A stretch of 64,000 bases of DNA from Dipteris shenzhenensis (lineage: Eukaryota): the NCBI GenBank assembly GCA_047967505.1, contig CM106538.1; one strand, 5' to 3'. Below the pieces are notes generated by a model. That model made no database searches, was not told the origin of the DNA, and saw nothing but the letters and a program-made list of their open reading frames with translations. The position numbers and the translations under genes are program-made. Shown in pieces: positions 21,901 through 34,790 of this stretch. Each line of letters begins with the position of its first letter. The first letter of the stretch is position 1.

Positions 21901-23624
21901 TCAATCCTGGGTTTGGAGAGCACACTCTGGCAGGTATTCTTCTCCAGCAAGGGGAGGATCGGTTCATGTATCCCGTTCGATTTGCTTCTCGACAATTGCT
22001 CGACATTGAGCGACGCTATTCCGAGGCCGACAAGCATGCCTTGTCTTTGGTGTTTTGCATTGAGAAATTTAAGCATTATGTGGCTGGAAGGTCCTTCTTT
22101 ATACTCACTGGCACTGGTCTTGCAAAGCAGGTTCTTCAATCACCAAATCCCATGGGCCGGTTGGCCAAATGGTTGGCAGTTCTACAAGAATATGATTTTT
22201 CTTTCAAAATTGTAAAAGGGGGTTGTTCCAACTTGAAGAATGCTTTGATTGATTTAGAGGAGTGCCTTGATGTAACCCTGGTAGCAGCCATAGAAGTTGG
22301 GGATCCTTGGTATGGTGGTATATATAAGTTTTTGACCGCTTTCTCCTTTCCGTCAGAAAGTACAAGCTATGAGAGAAAGAAGATCCGTAGAGATAGTAGG
22401 CGCTACACCCTCCTTGATGGGGTGTTGTACCGTCAAGGCATGGATGGGGTACTCAGACGGGCCATTGATGCAGATGAAGTGCCTAAGGTATTGAAGCATT
22501 ATCATGATGGGTTTTGTGGAGGCCACTATGCCAGTGACTATACAGCTAAGAAGATTTTACATGCTGGATACTATTGGCCGACATTGTTCAAGGATGTCAC
22601 TTTGTATTGCAAAACCTGTGAACCATGTCAATTCTTCGGTAGGAAGGATTTGCGTCCCGGGCAACATCACCCAGTGATGTCCATCCATCCGTTTCAAAAG
22701 TGGGGAATAGATTTTGTCGGGCCCTTGCCCATGACTGCCCGCAAAAAGAAGTATCTTTTGGTAGCCACTCAGTATGTCACTAAGTGGGCTGAAGCTATCG
22801 CTCTCTCTGCTGCAAATGGCAAGGCAGTTTCAAGTTTCATATTTGAACGTATCTGCACAAGGTTTGGGACACCCATGGAGATAGTCTCTGACCATGGGAG
22901 TCCATTCTTAAATGAAGCAGTGGAGTTACTCATGGATCGCATGGGCATTGATCATCACACTTCTAGCATCTATTATCCAGCATCCATGGGACAAACAGAG
23001 CGGACCAATGGCCTCCTCTGTAAAACCATAGGAAAAATGGCCGCAGGGAATAGGAGCCAATGGGATCAGAAGGTCACTGAAGCAGTGTGGGCTTACAACA
23101 TCACTCATAAAACATCTACAGGTCACACCCCTTTTGAGTTGGTGTATGGGACTGAGGCAGTTTTACCACTCGAGATAGAGATTCCAGCCTTGAGATTGGC
23201 GCAAGAACAGAGGATGATAGAAGATGAACATGTAGAGGCCAGATTGGTACAACTTGAGAAGTTAGATGAGACCCGACGCCTTGCACTACACCAAACAGAG
23301 ATCCAAAAGAATCGACAAAAGGCCCGATTGGATGCTAAGATTCGCAAGGGATGGGTAAGACATTTTGCTGAGGGGGATGTTGTGCTATGCTTTGATAACA
23401 GATTGGACCACCAAATGGATAAGAAGTTTCTGCCACTGTGGGCTGGTCCATACAAAGTCATTAAAGAACGTAGCAATGGGTCTGTACAAGTTCAGGAGCT
23501 GCATGAACCATATGGCAAGAAGGTGATCAACAAGCGCTACCTCAAGCCTTTCTTTGTGCGTGATGGTCCCAGGCATGGAAATGCGGTGCATTCCCTGCCT
23601 GGGGGGGGGAACTGTTATGGATAA
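18936..23624 (+). CDS. Gag-Pol polyprotein (gag, CCHC, protease, RT, degenerate RH, integrase) with one in-frame TAA at 21294-21296
   Basis: ORFs 18936-21296 and 21324-23624 share a frame; CYECHQKGHYRTEC, VDGGA, WRVCIDYKKLN, MPFGLTNAPATFQ, FLDD, HHCC, WGIDF/SDHG/GQTER, GPY. Confidence 0.93.
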
Positions 23625-24604
23625 AATTGTCTAAGAAAAAAAGGCATTAATATGTATGTGTGATTGTATATGTGGCAATAGTATAATTAAATATGGTGTG
23701 CATAGGGCCCAAGGTTGAGGTGGCAAGGCATGACCATGTGCCACCCTTCCATGTAAGAGGACCCATAAGGTGTGTTGTACATAATCCATAATAGTAATAT
23801 TATAAAATGCAAGGTGGTATGGCTCCTCCATGTGCCACCCCTCCACCTAGGATGCAATAATTGAGATAAGGCTCAAAGTCCAAGGGAGAAGCAATATAAA
23901 ATGGGTGGAGATGGCTATTATATTGAGTTATTCCCTCCATATGGGTTAGGCCCATGTGGGGGAGGTATAGAAGGACAAAGAGAGCTAGTTAAATAATGGG
24001 GAAAGTAGGACGAGGTGGCAAGATTCCTTGTGCCAACCCTCCACTTGTCCTCCTAGAGGTTTGAACCTATTATAAAATTGGAAGAGACCTAGGGAGTATC
24101 ATAAACTTGAGATATGGGACTTGATTTATGCGGAAAAATTGAGGCAAAGGGTTGTCGCATACAATTGAGAGTGCGTACCCACCTAGCCCACATGGGAGAC
24201 TTTTCCACACACACCATGCATGTGGGAAGATACATTAATGTGGAGAGACCCCCTCTTTTGGCTATAAAAGGAAGGGGGAATTCCTTGATGGGACACGCTC
24301 ATTCTTGTAAAGCCACCTAGCTAGTATTTTGATATTTCCCTCTCATCCCTCCTTTCCAATAAAGTATGGTTCACTTCCCTTGATGTCTACATCTCAACAT
24401 TCCTCTTCCTATCATGTACTTGCTTCTCTTCCCACTCTCCCTTTCCCCTTGTGTCATAGTCTCCCTTTTCCTTCCCTCCACTTCTAATTCATTATTCACC
24501 CCTATGACATCCCTTCGCCCTCGTGATCTCCTTTTCTCTATGGCCTTTGAGCGTCGCCATACTTAGTCTCTAGCCTTTGGTCTCGGTTTCTTTTCCGGCT
24601 AAAA
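23613..24604 (+). repeat. 3' LTR preceded by polypurine tract (G9 AAC, 23601-23612)
   Basis: Direct repeat of 15714-16705. Confidence 0.92.
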
Positions 24605-24716
24605 GTATATGTGCATGAAATTGTATGCCACAGTACCTCAAAGTCCTTGTGAATTTGAAATTTGCAAACTCAGACCTGCTAGCCTTGCTAACTGATTATC
24701 AGATACCATTCCATAC

Positions 24717-24785
24717 CATATTTATCACAGTGGTGAGACAGAAGCAAGCCAACATCTACAATCAATTTCCCAAGATCCTTGAAAG
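24717..24785 (-). CDS. Host 2OG-Fe(II) oxygenase-like gene, internal exon 6 of 6 in window
   Basis: AG/GT bounded; (A)FKDLGKLIVDVGLLLSHHCDKY; phase matches the previous exon. Confidence 0.85.
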
Positions 24786-24916
24786 CTGCAACAAAGTTTA
24801 CAAAGAAGTCAGCGAGTTCATATTGCAAAAGGATTGGCATTGCAAGTGCTAATATATCAATTCCTATAATATTCTTCCTTGCAACATTGACTTAAGCAAC
24901 CAAGTCCAAGCTGTAC

Positions 24917-24978
24917 CTTGCTCAAGCTCTGGTAGATCTATGGTTGGCCACAAGTTTGGACGGCAGTAAGATGGATAC
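24917..24978 (-). CDS. Host 2OG-Fe(II) oxygenase-like gene, internal exon 5
   Basis: AG/GT bounded; (R)YPSYCRPNLWPTIDLPELEQ. Confidence 0.85.
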
Positions 24979-25191
24979 CTGAGGTGGATGTCCAATGCCA
25001 GTAAAAGAACTACCTTGCTGATCTAAGCTTAGATTTATGAGATAAACAAATTGGAGGTTAAACAGCATACACAAGCTTAACATGCCCATGCTGAGCATGG
25101 AAAAAAAAAGTGATGCCAATACAAATCAAAACACTTTAAGACCTGCCATTCAAGTTATGAACTCCACTCTGAAGCATCTAATTAATCATAC

Positions 25192-25264
25192 CTTTGCATC
25201 GTTTCTTCGCTGCAAGCAGGCTTGTCCACAATGGGATTTGCATAAAAAGACCCTTTCAACACAT
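25192..25264 (-). CDS. Host 2OG-Fe(II) oxygenase-like gene, internal exon 4
   Basis: AG/GT bounded; (D)VLKGSFYANPIVDKPACSEETMQ. Confidence 0.87.
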
Positions 25265-25479
25265 CTGGCAAACAACCATACAAGATATAAATCTTGGCAA
25301 TCTTCATAGTCTGAATATTATTTGAAAAAGAGGTCTTCATGATCAAATCCTTACCTAAGAAAGGGGAACATTCAGCATCAAACAGGTTTGTATTTAATAA
25401 AAAAGAATAATACTAGTGACAGAGAACAGAATGCTAATCTGCGCTTTGTTAGCCTATATCTTTGGCTTGTTCCATCCAT

Positions 25480-26970
25480 CTCAGATGCATCTTCAGCTTC
25501 TTACCTACACCTCAAAGGCGTGCTACATAGCTCTACCCATATAGGATGGTGTTCTGATCATGATTCCTTTCAGTTTTTTGGATATGAGGCTCTGGGATCG
25601 TAGCAATTCTTTCCAAACCACATCTGACACGACCCATATCTGTGCTGCCGAGAGAAGCATGCACGACACATGTGGCTACGTTCAGTCACTTGACACATGG
25701 CCGATTCTCATCGCGGTGTGCTACTTCCCTCCCGATATACCATCCTATGCGCACAAGGCCACCACAAAGGGTCACATCCCATATGAGACGATATAAGGTG
25801 TGGAGAGATCCTCCTTCTAGGTGACTTAAATGCGCGTACGGAGAAGAGACGGTTGGGCTTACTAGACTGTGGGTCAAACCCTCTTACAGTACCACAGATA
25901 GAGCTTGGGATAGCAAGGCACTCAGAGGATGCACCACATGTGACAGGGTATGGGCAACACTTACTAGAAATGGGAGGAGTGTAGGGGAGGAGTGCAGACT
26001 TATCAATCTTGAAAGATGGCCATTATCCAGAGGGCTCACTTGTTTCCCACATGGAGGGGGGACAAGTAAGTGGACTACTTGATGGGTTCCCAATCCTTTG
26101 TGACGATCCCTCCCTCCCACTCGGTGCTAACCACTACTACTTGGCATTCAACATCTTGACTACCATGCCAAACACAAGACGTGATCCTCCTACCCCACCC
26201 ACGTCCAAATAATCTTTGATCATGCCCTTGATGTGATCTATGTGAGACACCTGTCTAATGAGCTACTGAATTTCCTTGGGGATAATGGAGACCTCACCCA
26301 AGCCTCAGACACCCTTGTATCAGCAGTTCAGGATGCCGCCGCCAGATCAAGCCCTACAACTCGGTCCGTAGCACGCCCCCTAGCTAGGAAGATGCCCCAG
26401 AACCCATGGTTTGATATTGAGTTCCGAGAGATGAGGTCTCACCTCATATGCACACTTGACAATGTTTGAGGCAAAGCAGTATCACACTGTCCTACGCAAC
26501 ATTAAAGGCAGGATTTCCTTTCATATCGGCTGGATGATGTGATCTGCTCCTCCAAGAAGGCGACTCTAATACTGCATGGGGGCTTTGCTCTGAGAGGAAG
26601 CCACTTATTTCTATTCCGGACCAGGATGTCTGGCACACATATGCAAGATCGCTCTATGATGTCCCAATCCATGCACCACCTGATATGCCCTCCTTCCCCA
26701 GGCCCACTATGTCCATCTTGTTGTGTGAGCTGCATTACTCTAGATCCACAATTGGAGGGTCCAAGACCATGAAGGGCAACAGACTGAGCACTTTGTACAC
26801 AGACAGGATGTCTTGGCTCCAATCTTTGCATAGATATTCAATCTTGTTGTATGCCATGGCTTCCCCCCTGCTTGGAGTACCACCACTATCATGCCGATAC
26901 ACAAAACAAAGGACCCCACTAGAAACTACCGCACTCTCATGATTGGTCACATATTGGCCAAGATACCCAT
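25480..26970 (+). mobile_element. Highly decayed LINE (RTEX-like) EN/RT fragment
   Basis: PQNPWFDIE and HKTKDPTRNYRTLMIGHILAKI resemble the RT start at 47670-47745; many frameshifts. Confidence 0.6.
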
Positions 26971-27769
26971 GACATACAAAAGAAAAACCATAATCCCGAT
27001 TATAACGGCATCAATACATAGAGAGAGAGAGAGACTATGTCACAGGAATCCTCAGCCTGTGGCATGCTGGACTGCCATGTGGGCTGCCCAGTCTACACAT
27101 GGCAGCCACTGCCACGCAGGCAGCCATGTCAGCTGGCTACCACGTGGACTGCTACGCAAGCAGAACCAGCTCAGCCCTTCAGTACAGTGCCAGCTCAGCA
27201 GTCCGTACAGCGCAGGCGCCACATCAGCAAGTGCCACATCAGTAGGTTGACCATCCAGCAGCAGGTCGGTGAGCAGGGAGCAGCCTGGTCAGTCAGTTTT
27301 AGGCCCAAGGGGAGCCTGTAAAAGGCAGCCCCCTTGGCCTTTATTTTCCATCCCACAGTCGGGCATCATAGCCTCAGTTCAGCAACAGTTAGGCCTTACC
27401 ACAGCAGACCAGCCGGGTGCCTCAGCCTCTACAGGGATCTAGTGAGGATTCACCTCCTCTAGGTAGTCTAGTTTCTCTACGTTATTGCAGTGAGGGTTTC
27501 GGCTCCTCCATGTAGTCGTATTCAGCCCTTTGGCCATTCATCCATTTCAGTGATATTTCCTCTTCAGAGGCCCACTATATTCTCTCCCTCTGATTCTCTC
27601 TCACATTCACAGCATCACTTTGTGTATTGAATGCCTCATCTTGCAGTTTACTGGAACCCTGAGGAAAATAAATATTATATGTATTTTTTAGTCATTCAAA
27701 ACCTTTTCCAAGACGAACAACAATGATAAGTGACGCTACTGTGGAAGGACCTAATATAACAATGATGTT

Positions 27770-27876
27770 GCAAGAAATATTTAGATTGGAAAGCATATAA
27801 TGACACAATCCATTTTGGAAATATAATGCAAGAAATATTTAGATTGGAAAGCATATAATGACACAATCCATTTTGG
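27770..27876. repeat. Tandem duplication, about 58-bp period
   Basis: gcaagaaatatttagattggaaagcatataatgacacaatccattttgg occurs twice. Confidence 0.85.
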
Positions 27877-28108
27877 TACAAATCAATCCTACCTCCCTGC
27901 GGTACATCACATGTATCTAGATCGTGCAGCTTTGTATATCTAGGGCATCTAACCAGCTGCTAATTTAAACAAGAGGTGGTGGAAAAATCTCCGCAAATCA
28001 AAAAAATGTACCAGTACTGTAATCTGCTATGTGCACTTTCTTCCACCAATATGAAATATTGAATGAATCTTACAATCAGTGCGGAGACCAAAAAGAGTCC
28101 AGTTGTAC

Positions 28109-28161
28109 CTGGCTGACCAGATTCCAAGGTCTCTTTGCCATGACTCCAACCAAATGAGTAT
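28109..28161 (-). CDS. Host 2OG-Fe(II) oxygenase-like gene, internal exon 3
   Basis: AG/GT bounded; (R)YSFGWSHGKETLESGQP. Confidence 0.88.
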
Positions 28162-29687
28162 CTGCAAGTGAATGTGAGTCAGTGACAATCTTGCCTCAAA
28201 CCATTGATTTTGAAATTATCAACATCAAATGGCTTAGACAAGGCAAGCAGCTAAAATGATATTTTTCCAAGTAATCTTTGCCACATATTGACTCAACAAA
28301 CAGACATATTAAGAACTGACATGCACCATAAGTATATAGCACAACCAGACATATGGATGTAACCCATGTGCTTACCCTCAATATATAAAAGTCAAAGGAT
28401 ATCTGACTCTTTGTATTGTTTTCAAAGTTTTAATAGAAAGTATTTTTCTCTAGAAAAAGAAAAGAAAAAGTCGGCACTTTTTATTTCATTGACCCTTTTG
28501 TACATGTTTTATTTGGAGTCATAGGGACCATGAATAATATGTTTGATCACCTTAACAAAGTTAATTAAATAGCCCAATGACAACCAAATATTTAGTGTGC
28601 ACACTAGCATGAAAAATATAGGAAGAGTAACGTAAGCTCACTATGGCCAGGATAATTAGGCATTTCTAGAACTAGACGGAACTCACAAGGTACTGATAGA
28701 TGTATCCCATCATACCATAAGATTTGAGAATCCCAACACTTTGATGTCAAAGACCCTCAGGCTGGTGTGATCTGGAGAGTAGGTTGCAAGAGCGCCACAA
28801 AAAGAATGGGTGCTACCTCCTAACCAAAGCCGTGTAATTTGGTACCTATTTTGTCTAGTTTCTATGGTCCTTAGCTGGTTGTTAGGCGGTACATATTTTA
28901 TTCACATGTGTGCAAAAGAGGCTTACCTTCCGAGGAATCAGGGCTGGGATTGCTAGCCAATCAATGTCCAGCACGACACCCTAGAGGATCACCATCAACT
29001 AGAATGGAATAGGCTCTGCATTCAAGGGCCCTTGTGCCTTACCTTGTCGTTCCTATCTTCTGCCATAACACCTGCATCCACCTGGCTGCCATGAGTGATG
29101 CTGCCTCAAACCCCGTGCCTCGGCAGCTGCTGTCAGCCTGCAGCTTCTATCAAGATGTTTATCAGGCTTGCTGTGCACATGCCTGCACACCTGCCTACTT
29201 TCTTATACAGGACAAAAAACCAATAAGCAAACTAAATATGCTTCTATAAGGTTGTGGACTACGGGATATTACCCCTAGCAACAAAGATTGAAAATGACCA
29301 TCTCATATGCAGACTTACTTAGTATAGATTCAAGCATGAAACTTCAAACTTGAAAATAAATCTGAATCTGAAATGTCTTGGGAAGCTGGAAGAATATCAC
29401 ATAAACAAGTGCAACAGTGAGTGGGTTGAAATAACAGTTTTAAGATCGAGTGAAAGTGTGTATGTGTGTGAGAAAGAGAGAGAGAGAGAGAGAAAGAAAG
29501 CATGAAAGATATATTAACGTCCTTGGGAGGCCTCACGGATCTATGGGACAAAACACACACCAAAAGGGTAAACACCAAACATCAGTTACAGACTAGGAGT
29601 CTCTTGGGAGTGTGTATAGCACTCACAAGGTTATTATAGGTTAACTACGGTCTACTACAAAAGATGATCGGCCTGCATTACATCAGT

Positions 29688-30600
29688 TTAAGACTGAGAG
29701 TCTTTAGGTTTGGATTTGAAATCTCTAATTAGTGCTTTTCCATCTCTGTAAACAGCCCATTTTCCTTCCTTTCGAGCATCCTTCACTTCAGTCAATTCAG
29801 TGGCCTTCAGTTTGAGCTGAGTTGGGGTGAGCTCCTCCGCTATCCATATTTTAGTACCTTTCAACTTATTGGTTTGCTTGGGAATATTGCTTCTTTTCAT
29901 CTTGTTCTGAAAGCGTACTTTGGCTTGTGTCCCCTCCTGTAGGACAGCTATTACATCTTCAGCATCCCACTCTATTTGTGGGGTTCTTTCTATGTTTTTT
30001 TCCAGCTTTTCCTTTTGACTTCCTTCAAACCAGCCCTCTGGTAGCCCCCTATGCATATGAGTCAAGCATAAGCCACCCTCTTTTCATGTTCTTGTACTTC
30101 TTCATATACATCCAATGTGTTGACTTTAGTATCCAATGTTGCTGTGATTTCCTGTTTCACTGATTGCAGCTAAGTTGTAACCAAGTCCTGAACTTTAGTC
30201 ACCACCTGTGGTGTGGGTGCTCTTGTATTGTGTATCTGCAATACTTCGTGAATAATTTCCTGTTTTCCTTGTCCTTCCCATGCATTTGTTTTCCTCTCTA
30301 GATCTGCAAGTCTGAGCTTGAGCTCACTGATTTCCTGCTGTAGGTAATAAATATGCTCTTGTGGGTCTATCACGCTTACCATTCTCTTTTGTTGTAGATA
30401 GTTCTTTGGCATATGGGGAAGGCATCTTTGCAAACACATAAGGGGGGGGCAAAGGGAGGGCTGCGACTGAGGAGTATGAGGCTTTGGTCGGGGTCAACGT
30501 AAAAGTCTTGACCTTGGGGAAAGCCACGGGCGTCCTAGCTTCCCCACTCATGGTGGCATGCGTGTATATTGGGAACCCCCTGCTGTGACTAACCCCCACA
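29688..30600 (-). pseudogene. Decayed LINE ORF1-like region (L2/CR1/RTEX-type C-terminus)
   Basis: Coiled-coil-like LQQEISELKLRLADLE and KLKGTKIWIAEELT...ARKEGKWAVYRDGK motif. Confidence 0.55.
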
Positions 30601-30853
30601 GTTGGGTCAGGGGCTCAGCCCAAACCCTCGAACGTGAGTCTTGCTAACTGATGCGCTGGCGCTGACGAGGAGGGCGCTGCTGACGGGCTAGCGCTGACGA
30701 GGCAACTGGTGGCGCAACTTCTGCTGCTAGATGGATGTGTGCTGGCATGGACAAGACCGAACTGTTGCTGATGAAACGCGAGAGGGGAGCGGGGAGGGCT
30801 AGCAGAGGGCTAGCGCAAGCCTAGTGGGGGGGGGGGGGGGGCTAGCGCAGGCC

Positions 30854-30859
<6 letters not shown>

Positions 30860-30901
<42 letters not shown>

Positions 30902-32780
30902 GTCCACGAGAGGCCTCGCGGGCCTATGGGACAAAGTACGGAATCAATTAACTCATACATACCACTATGGGCCGGGGCAAAGGGCTCACCAAGGCCCTTG
31001 CTGAGTACTAAAGTGCTATACTAGTACAAAATAGCAAAAAGAGTAGCAAAATAGCATGAGAGTGGCATGAAGATATCAAGTGCTCAGAGCTAGAGTCCCA
31101 AGTGCATGAACTGGCTCCACGCATCCAAGCTCCATGATGGCTCTCAAATGAGATGCAAAGAGCTCAAGTATCTGCATCTGTCCAGATGTCTCCCGTGGTG
31201 GTGGAGGACGTGGTCTCCTTGATCTCTCGATCCAATGGGCTATGTCAAGGGTGATGCCTCGCCTCGGTCGATCTTCCCTAAGGAGAGCTAAAATAGGTCG
31301 CACCTCGATCGTGTGTGCTCGATTCCCCGGCCTCCCCCAGGTGTACCATTGACTCTTATCTTCCATTGGAGCTGCTTTCGGGATGGTCACCGAGACCCCC
31401 CCTTCCTGGGATGCCTTCTTCGGCAAACTGAGGCAGTCAGATTGGACGGGGTACCACATGTTAGGGTCAGTCACTAACCTAACCTTACGGTTACACCCTC
31501 CTCTCGTGAAGAAATAGACGGGCAGCCAGTTATGTGGAATGAATCCATATTGGATGAGCATGGCAAATCACTGGGTGTGTCACACGCCTGTCGCGCCGTG
31601 TACGATCTTTGTGCCCCGCGTCTGGCAGTGCTATGTCGGCTCCCTCCACTGATCCAAATATCTCTCATGTTGGCTAGCTCCTCCTCCTCTATCCCAGAGT
31701 GCCCTGGGGCTGAGTCAAATGCATAGAAATCCGTGACATGTCTCTGCACTCGGTCTACCTCGGTACCCTGTGGTGCGGTGGTCCCATCCTCCTGTAGATA
31801 TGTTGTAGTGGTATCTCCCTGTGTTGTCGCATCTCCATCAGGTAGAGCCCAATACAATCTTGGTCCTGGAAGTGGATCAGTCGTGAGAGTGGGCCAAAGC
31901 CGCACCCCTCCTGAAAAAGGCAGTGGTAGCGCCCTCGGATCTCATAGTAGGCTGGGCAAACACATAGAAAATGCTCCTCTGTCTCGACCGCCCCCATCGT
32001 GCACAACCTGCAAGTCCGCTACCCTCTGGGTATACGTGCAGCTCTCCCTGTCTCAATCCTCAGCTGATGGGACGAGACCCCCATCTATCTGATGGCAATC
32101 CTCAGTGCATGTGAGACTCCTCTGTCCTCGAGATACTGAGGTCTGATGATGAGCCCATCTTCCGATCCTCTCAAAAAGAGGTCATAGTAGAGCTAGGTCT
32201 TGGTGGGGAACTCTTGGTCCTCCCCCCAAGTGCGAGATGTGTGGAGCTGGAGGAGATCTAACCGTATGATGCGGTTAATCTCATCTAGTGGGATCGACTC
32301 GGGCGGTGCGTCCATGCTATACTGAAACGGGGGAAGCCGATCCATCTGAATGCCATGACTGGCAAACCATGTGGTGATGCGTGCAAACCATGCTGTACCT
32401 GCCTCACTCTCAGATAGTCGTATGGAGGACTCTAGTGCCAGCCTCGAAAGTCTCTCGTGAGGTAGGTCCCAAACTCTGTGGAGCAAAGTCACTGTCTGAA
32501 AATGGCATCAACCTGGAGAGGGGTCATGACAAACTCTGCCTGTACTATCTAATGGGGGACCAAGGGCTTACTCCGAATCATCCTGGAGCCCATAATCACC
32601 TGTAGCCGCTTGAATCTCTTTCATTCTGCTGCTGAAATATCACACCCCCAAAAAAGGTGATGCATACATGGCGGTCGGCCTCACTAGAGTGTTGAAAAGC
32701 CAACACTTCGTCGGTGGATCCTGGAAGTGCGCCTAGAAGCACTGTCACTCTAGTCGGGCTAAGGCATCATGCCCTTGTTT
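30860..32780 (-). mobile_element. 5'-truncated RTEX-like LINE with (CT)n tail
   Basis: C-terminal CTMGAVETEEHFLCVCPAYYEIR; MDRLPPFQY shared with the 48702-49091 ORF; ends in GA run at 30860-30898. Confidence 0.7.
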
Positions 32781-32899
32781 AAGTCGTGTTCAAGTCTTCT
32801 GAAGACTATGAGACCGAAAGAAGCCTATTAAATGAGCTCAATGGGTGGAGTACAACATAATCATATCAGATCAGATCTAATACATGAGAGAAATCTGGA

Positions 32900-34790
32900 C
32901 TTGTGGCCACGGTGGAAGTTCAAGGGAAGCCCGGCGATGAATGAGGCCGTGATGATAGGAAACTTGTGATAGAGCACGGACAACAGTGGTCTGTGCGTGT
33001 GACCCGTTGTGGTTTCCTAGCAGCAACCCTACATCTGACAAGAGCCACGGCAACCCCCATCAGCCACACCCGCGATCTAGTGAACATGGAGGGAAGATCT
33101 CCAAGCATGATCTGTGCATCAACCAACTGTCGACTCTGTCGTGTCACTGGCTTTGGATCTCGACCCCACCGACTGCCTGTGATCTGCTAGTCCGTATGAT
33201 CTAGCTAGAAAAACTATGTGATCATAGAGTCTAGCTGTGTGCCCTGACCCCGCCTCTGTATCCTGAGTAGAGAGGGGCCCAAAACCATCTCTGAATCTCA
33301 TAGCACACAAGGCACCTAAAAGTGAAATGCTCCTCCGACTCGATCTCATGACAACCACTCTCAATACGGAGTTGGTGCGATGAGACACGAACAGCCCGAT
33401 CGATATCCTCCACGAATGTGGGGGGTGGATCCGGGTATATCCTAGTGGATCAATGAAGCCCTCTTCTGAAATCCACAAATAGTGGTCCCTATAGAAGATG
33501 GGCTTCAATGGAAGCTCGATGGGTGCCAACCAAGTCTTGAATGTGTGTGTAGAATGTCCTCTAAAATGACCTAGTTGACCTCATGGCATGTGAGCGGGAT
33601 AGAAAGAGCCTCAATGCTACACTGAAAAGGGGGGAATCTATCCATGTGGAGTCCCAAACTCTGAAACCATTGCATATATGCGCATACCAACATCTCCAAT
33701 CGCCCTTAGCTGCTAAGGTCATGGAGAAAGATAGGGCCAGCCATGGTAGTCTACATCATCCTGAGGTTACAAAATCCATAGTCCCTAACTCTATAAAGGT
33801 ATGTAATAACTTTAAATGCCGCATCAAGCTGCAATGAAAATGCACCGAACTCAGCCTAAACAATATGATATGGGACTGATGGCTTCATAGGGATCATCCA
33901 TGATAGCAAGAAAACCTAGAGCTGCTCAACCTGAGCGCCCAATCCGCCTCTGATAAATCAGGCCCCCAAGCTGCCATACATACCCATTGGGCAGACCAAT
34001 GAATCACACAAGTGAAGATTCGCCAACTCAGATTCATGACCAAGCATAAACTTCCACTGAGTTGGCATGAAGAGCCTCATACTCATCATTGTACCAGCTA
34101 TTGCACGGTACAGAATCAAGAGGCAGTGGGTGGGTGGAGCAAGTGGTGTGTGTGAAGGCGTGAAAGACGGCCTTGTGAAGCGAGTGAGCAGCTCGGTCCT
34201 CTAGGACTGGTATAAAGTCAATATAAGTGAGTAGTGTGGAAAGGCGTGCCGAGTATTTGGGTGAGAGGCTACAGTCAAAGTCTTTGTATACAGGGCTATG
34301 TCTTGTCCTATGTAAGACTGCCAGAAATTCCCTCGCTCGGACCATAAGGTACCATTACAGTTCCAAACAATGCAGCACAAGGTCTCGGTGCTCTAAGTCT
34401 CATAGACCTAGCCCCCCTATGTAGAGGGGACACCAAATGCCCGAGGGAGAAGGGGGGGGGAGGGGAGAGAAAGAAAGTTGTATTAATGTCTTGGAGAGGC
34501 CTCAGAAGCCTATGAGACAAAGTACAATCAGCTAAATAACTTGTACAAGCCACTATGGGCTGAAGCAAAGGGCTTGCTAAGGCCCTTGCTGAGTGCTTAG
34601 CTAAGCTAATAATCTCAAAGTCTCAAAAACTCTCAAGAGAATGCGAAAGCTCCCAGTACATATCTAGGGGTCGTGGTATCTATATCTGACGAGCCATATC
34701 AAGGATGACAACTCGGGTAGGTCAGTCTCCTCGTAGAGCAGCGATGGGCTGGACCTCTATCGTGTGTGCTTTGGTCACCCTCGGTATCAT
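32900..34790 (-). mobile_element. Further decayed RTEX-like LINE fragments
   Basis: RVSSHQLRIESG...EEHFTFRC at about 33300-33390; family 3' terminus at 34470-34530. Confidence 0.6.

Larger units (their letters stand above)
15714..24604 (+). mobile_element. Young non-chromoviral Ty3/Gypsy LTR retrotransposon with an accessory ORF array including a standalone RNase H
   Basis: 992-bp direct repeats, PBS, G-run PPT, gag-PR-RT-RH-INT order, no chromodomain, 4-bp GTAT on both flanks. Confidence 0.93.

Noticed and set aside
24636-24675. AG/GT-bounded candidate exon just after exon 6
   Set aside because: Would need an intron of about 41 nt and gives an in-frame stop
27038-27617. TG...CA segment resembling a solo LTR
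   Set aside because: No TSD or second copy visible in the window
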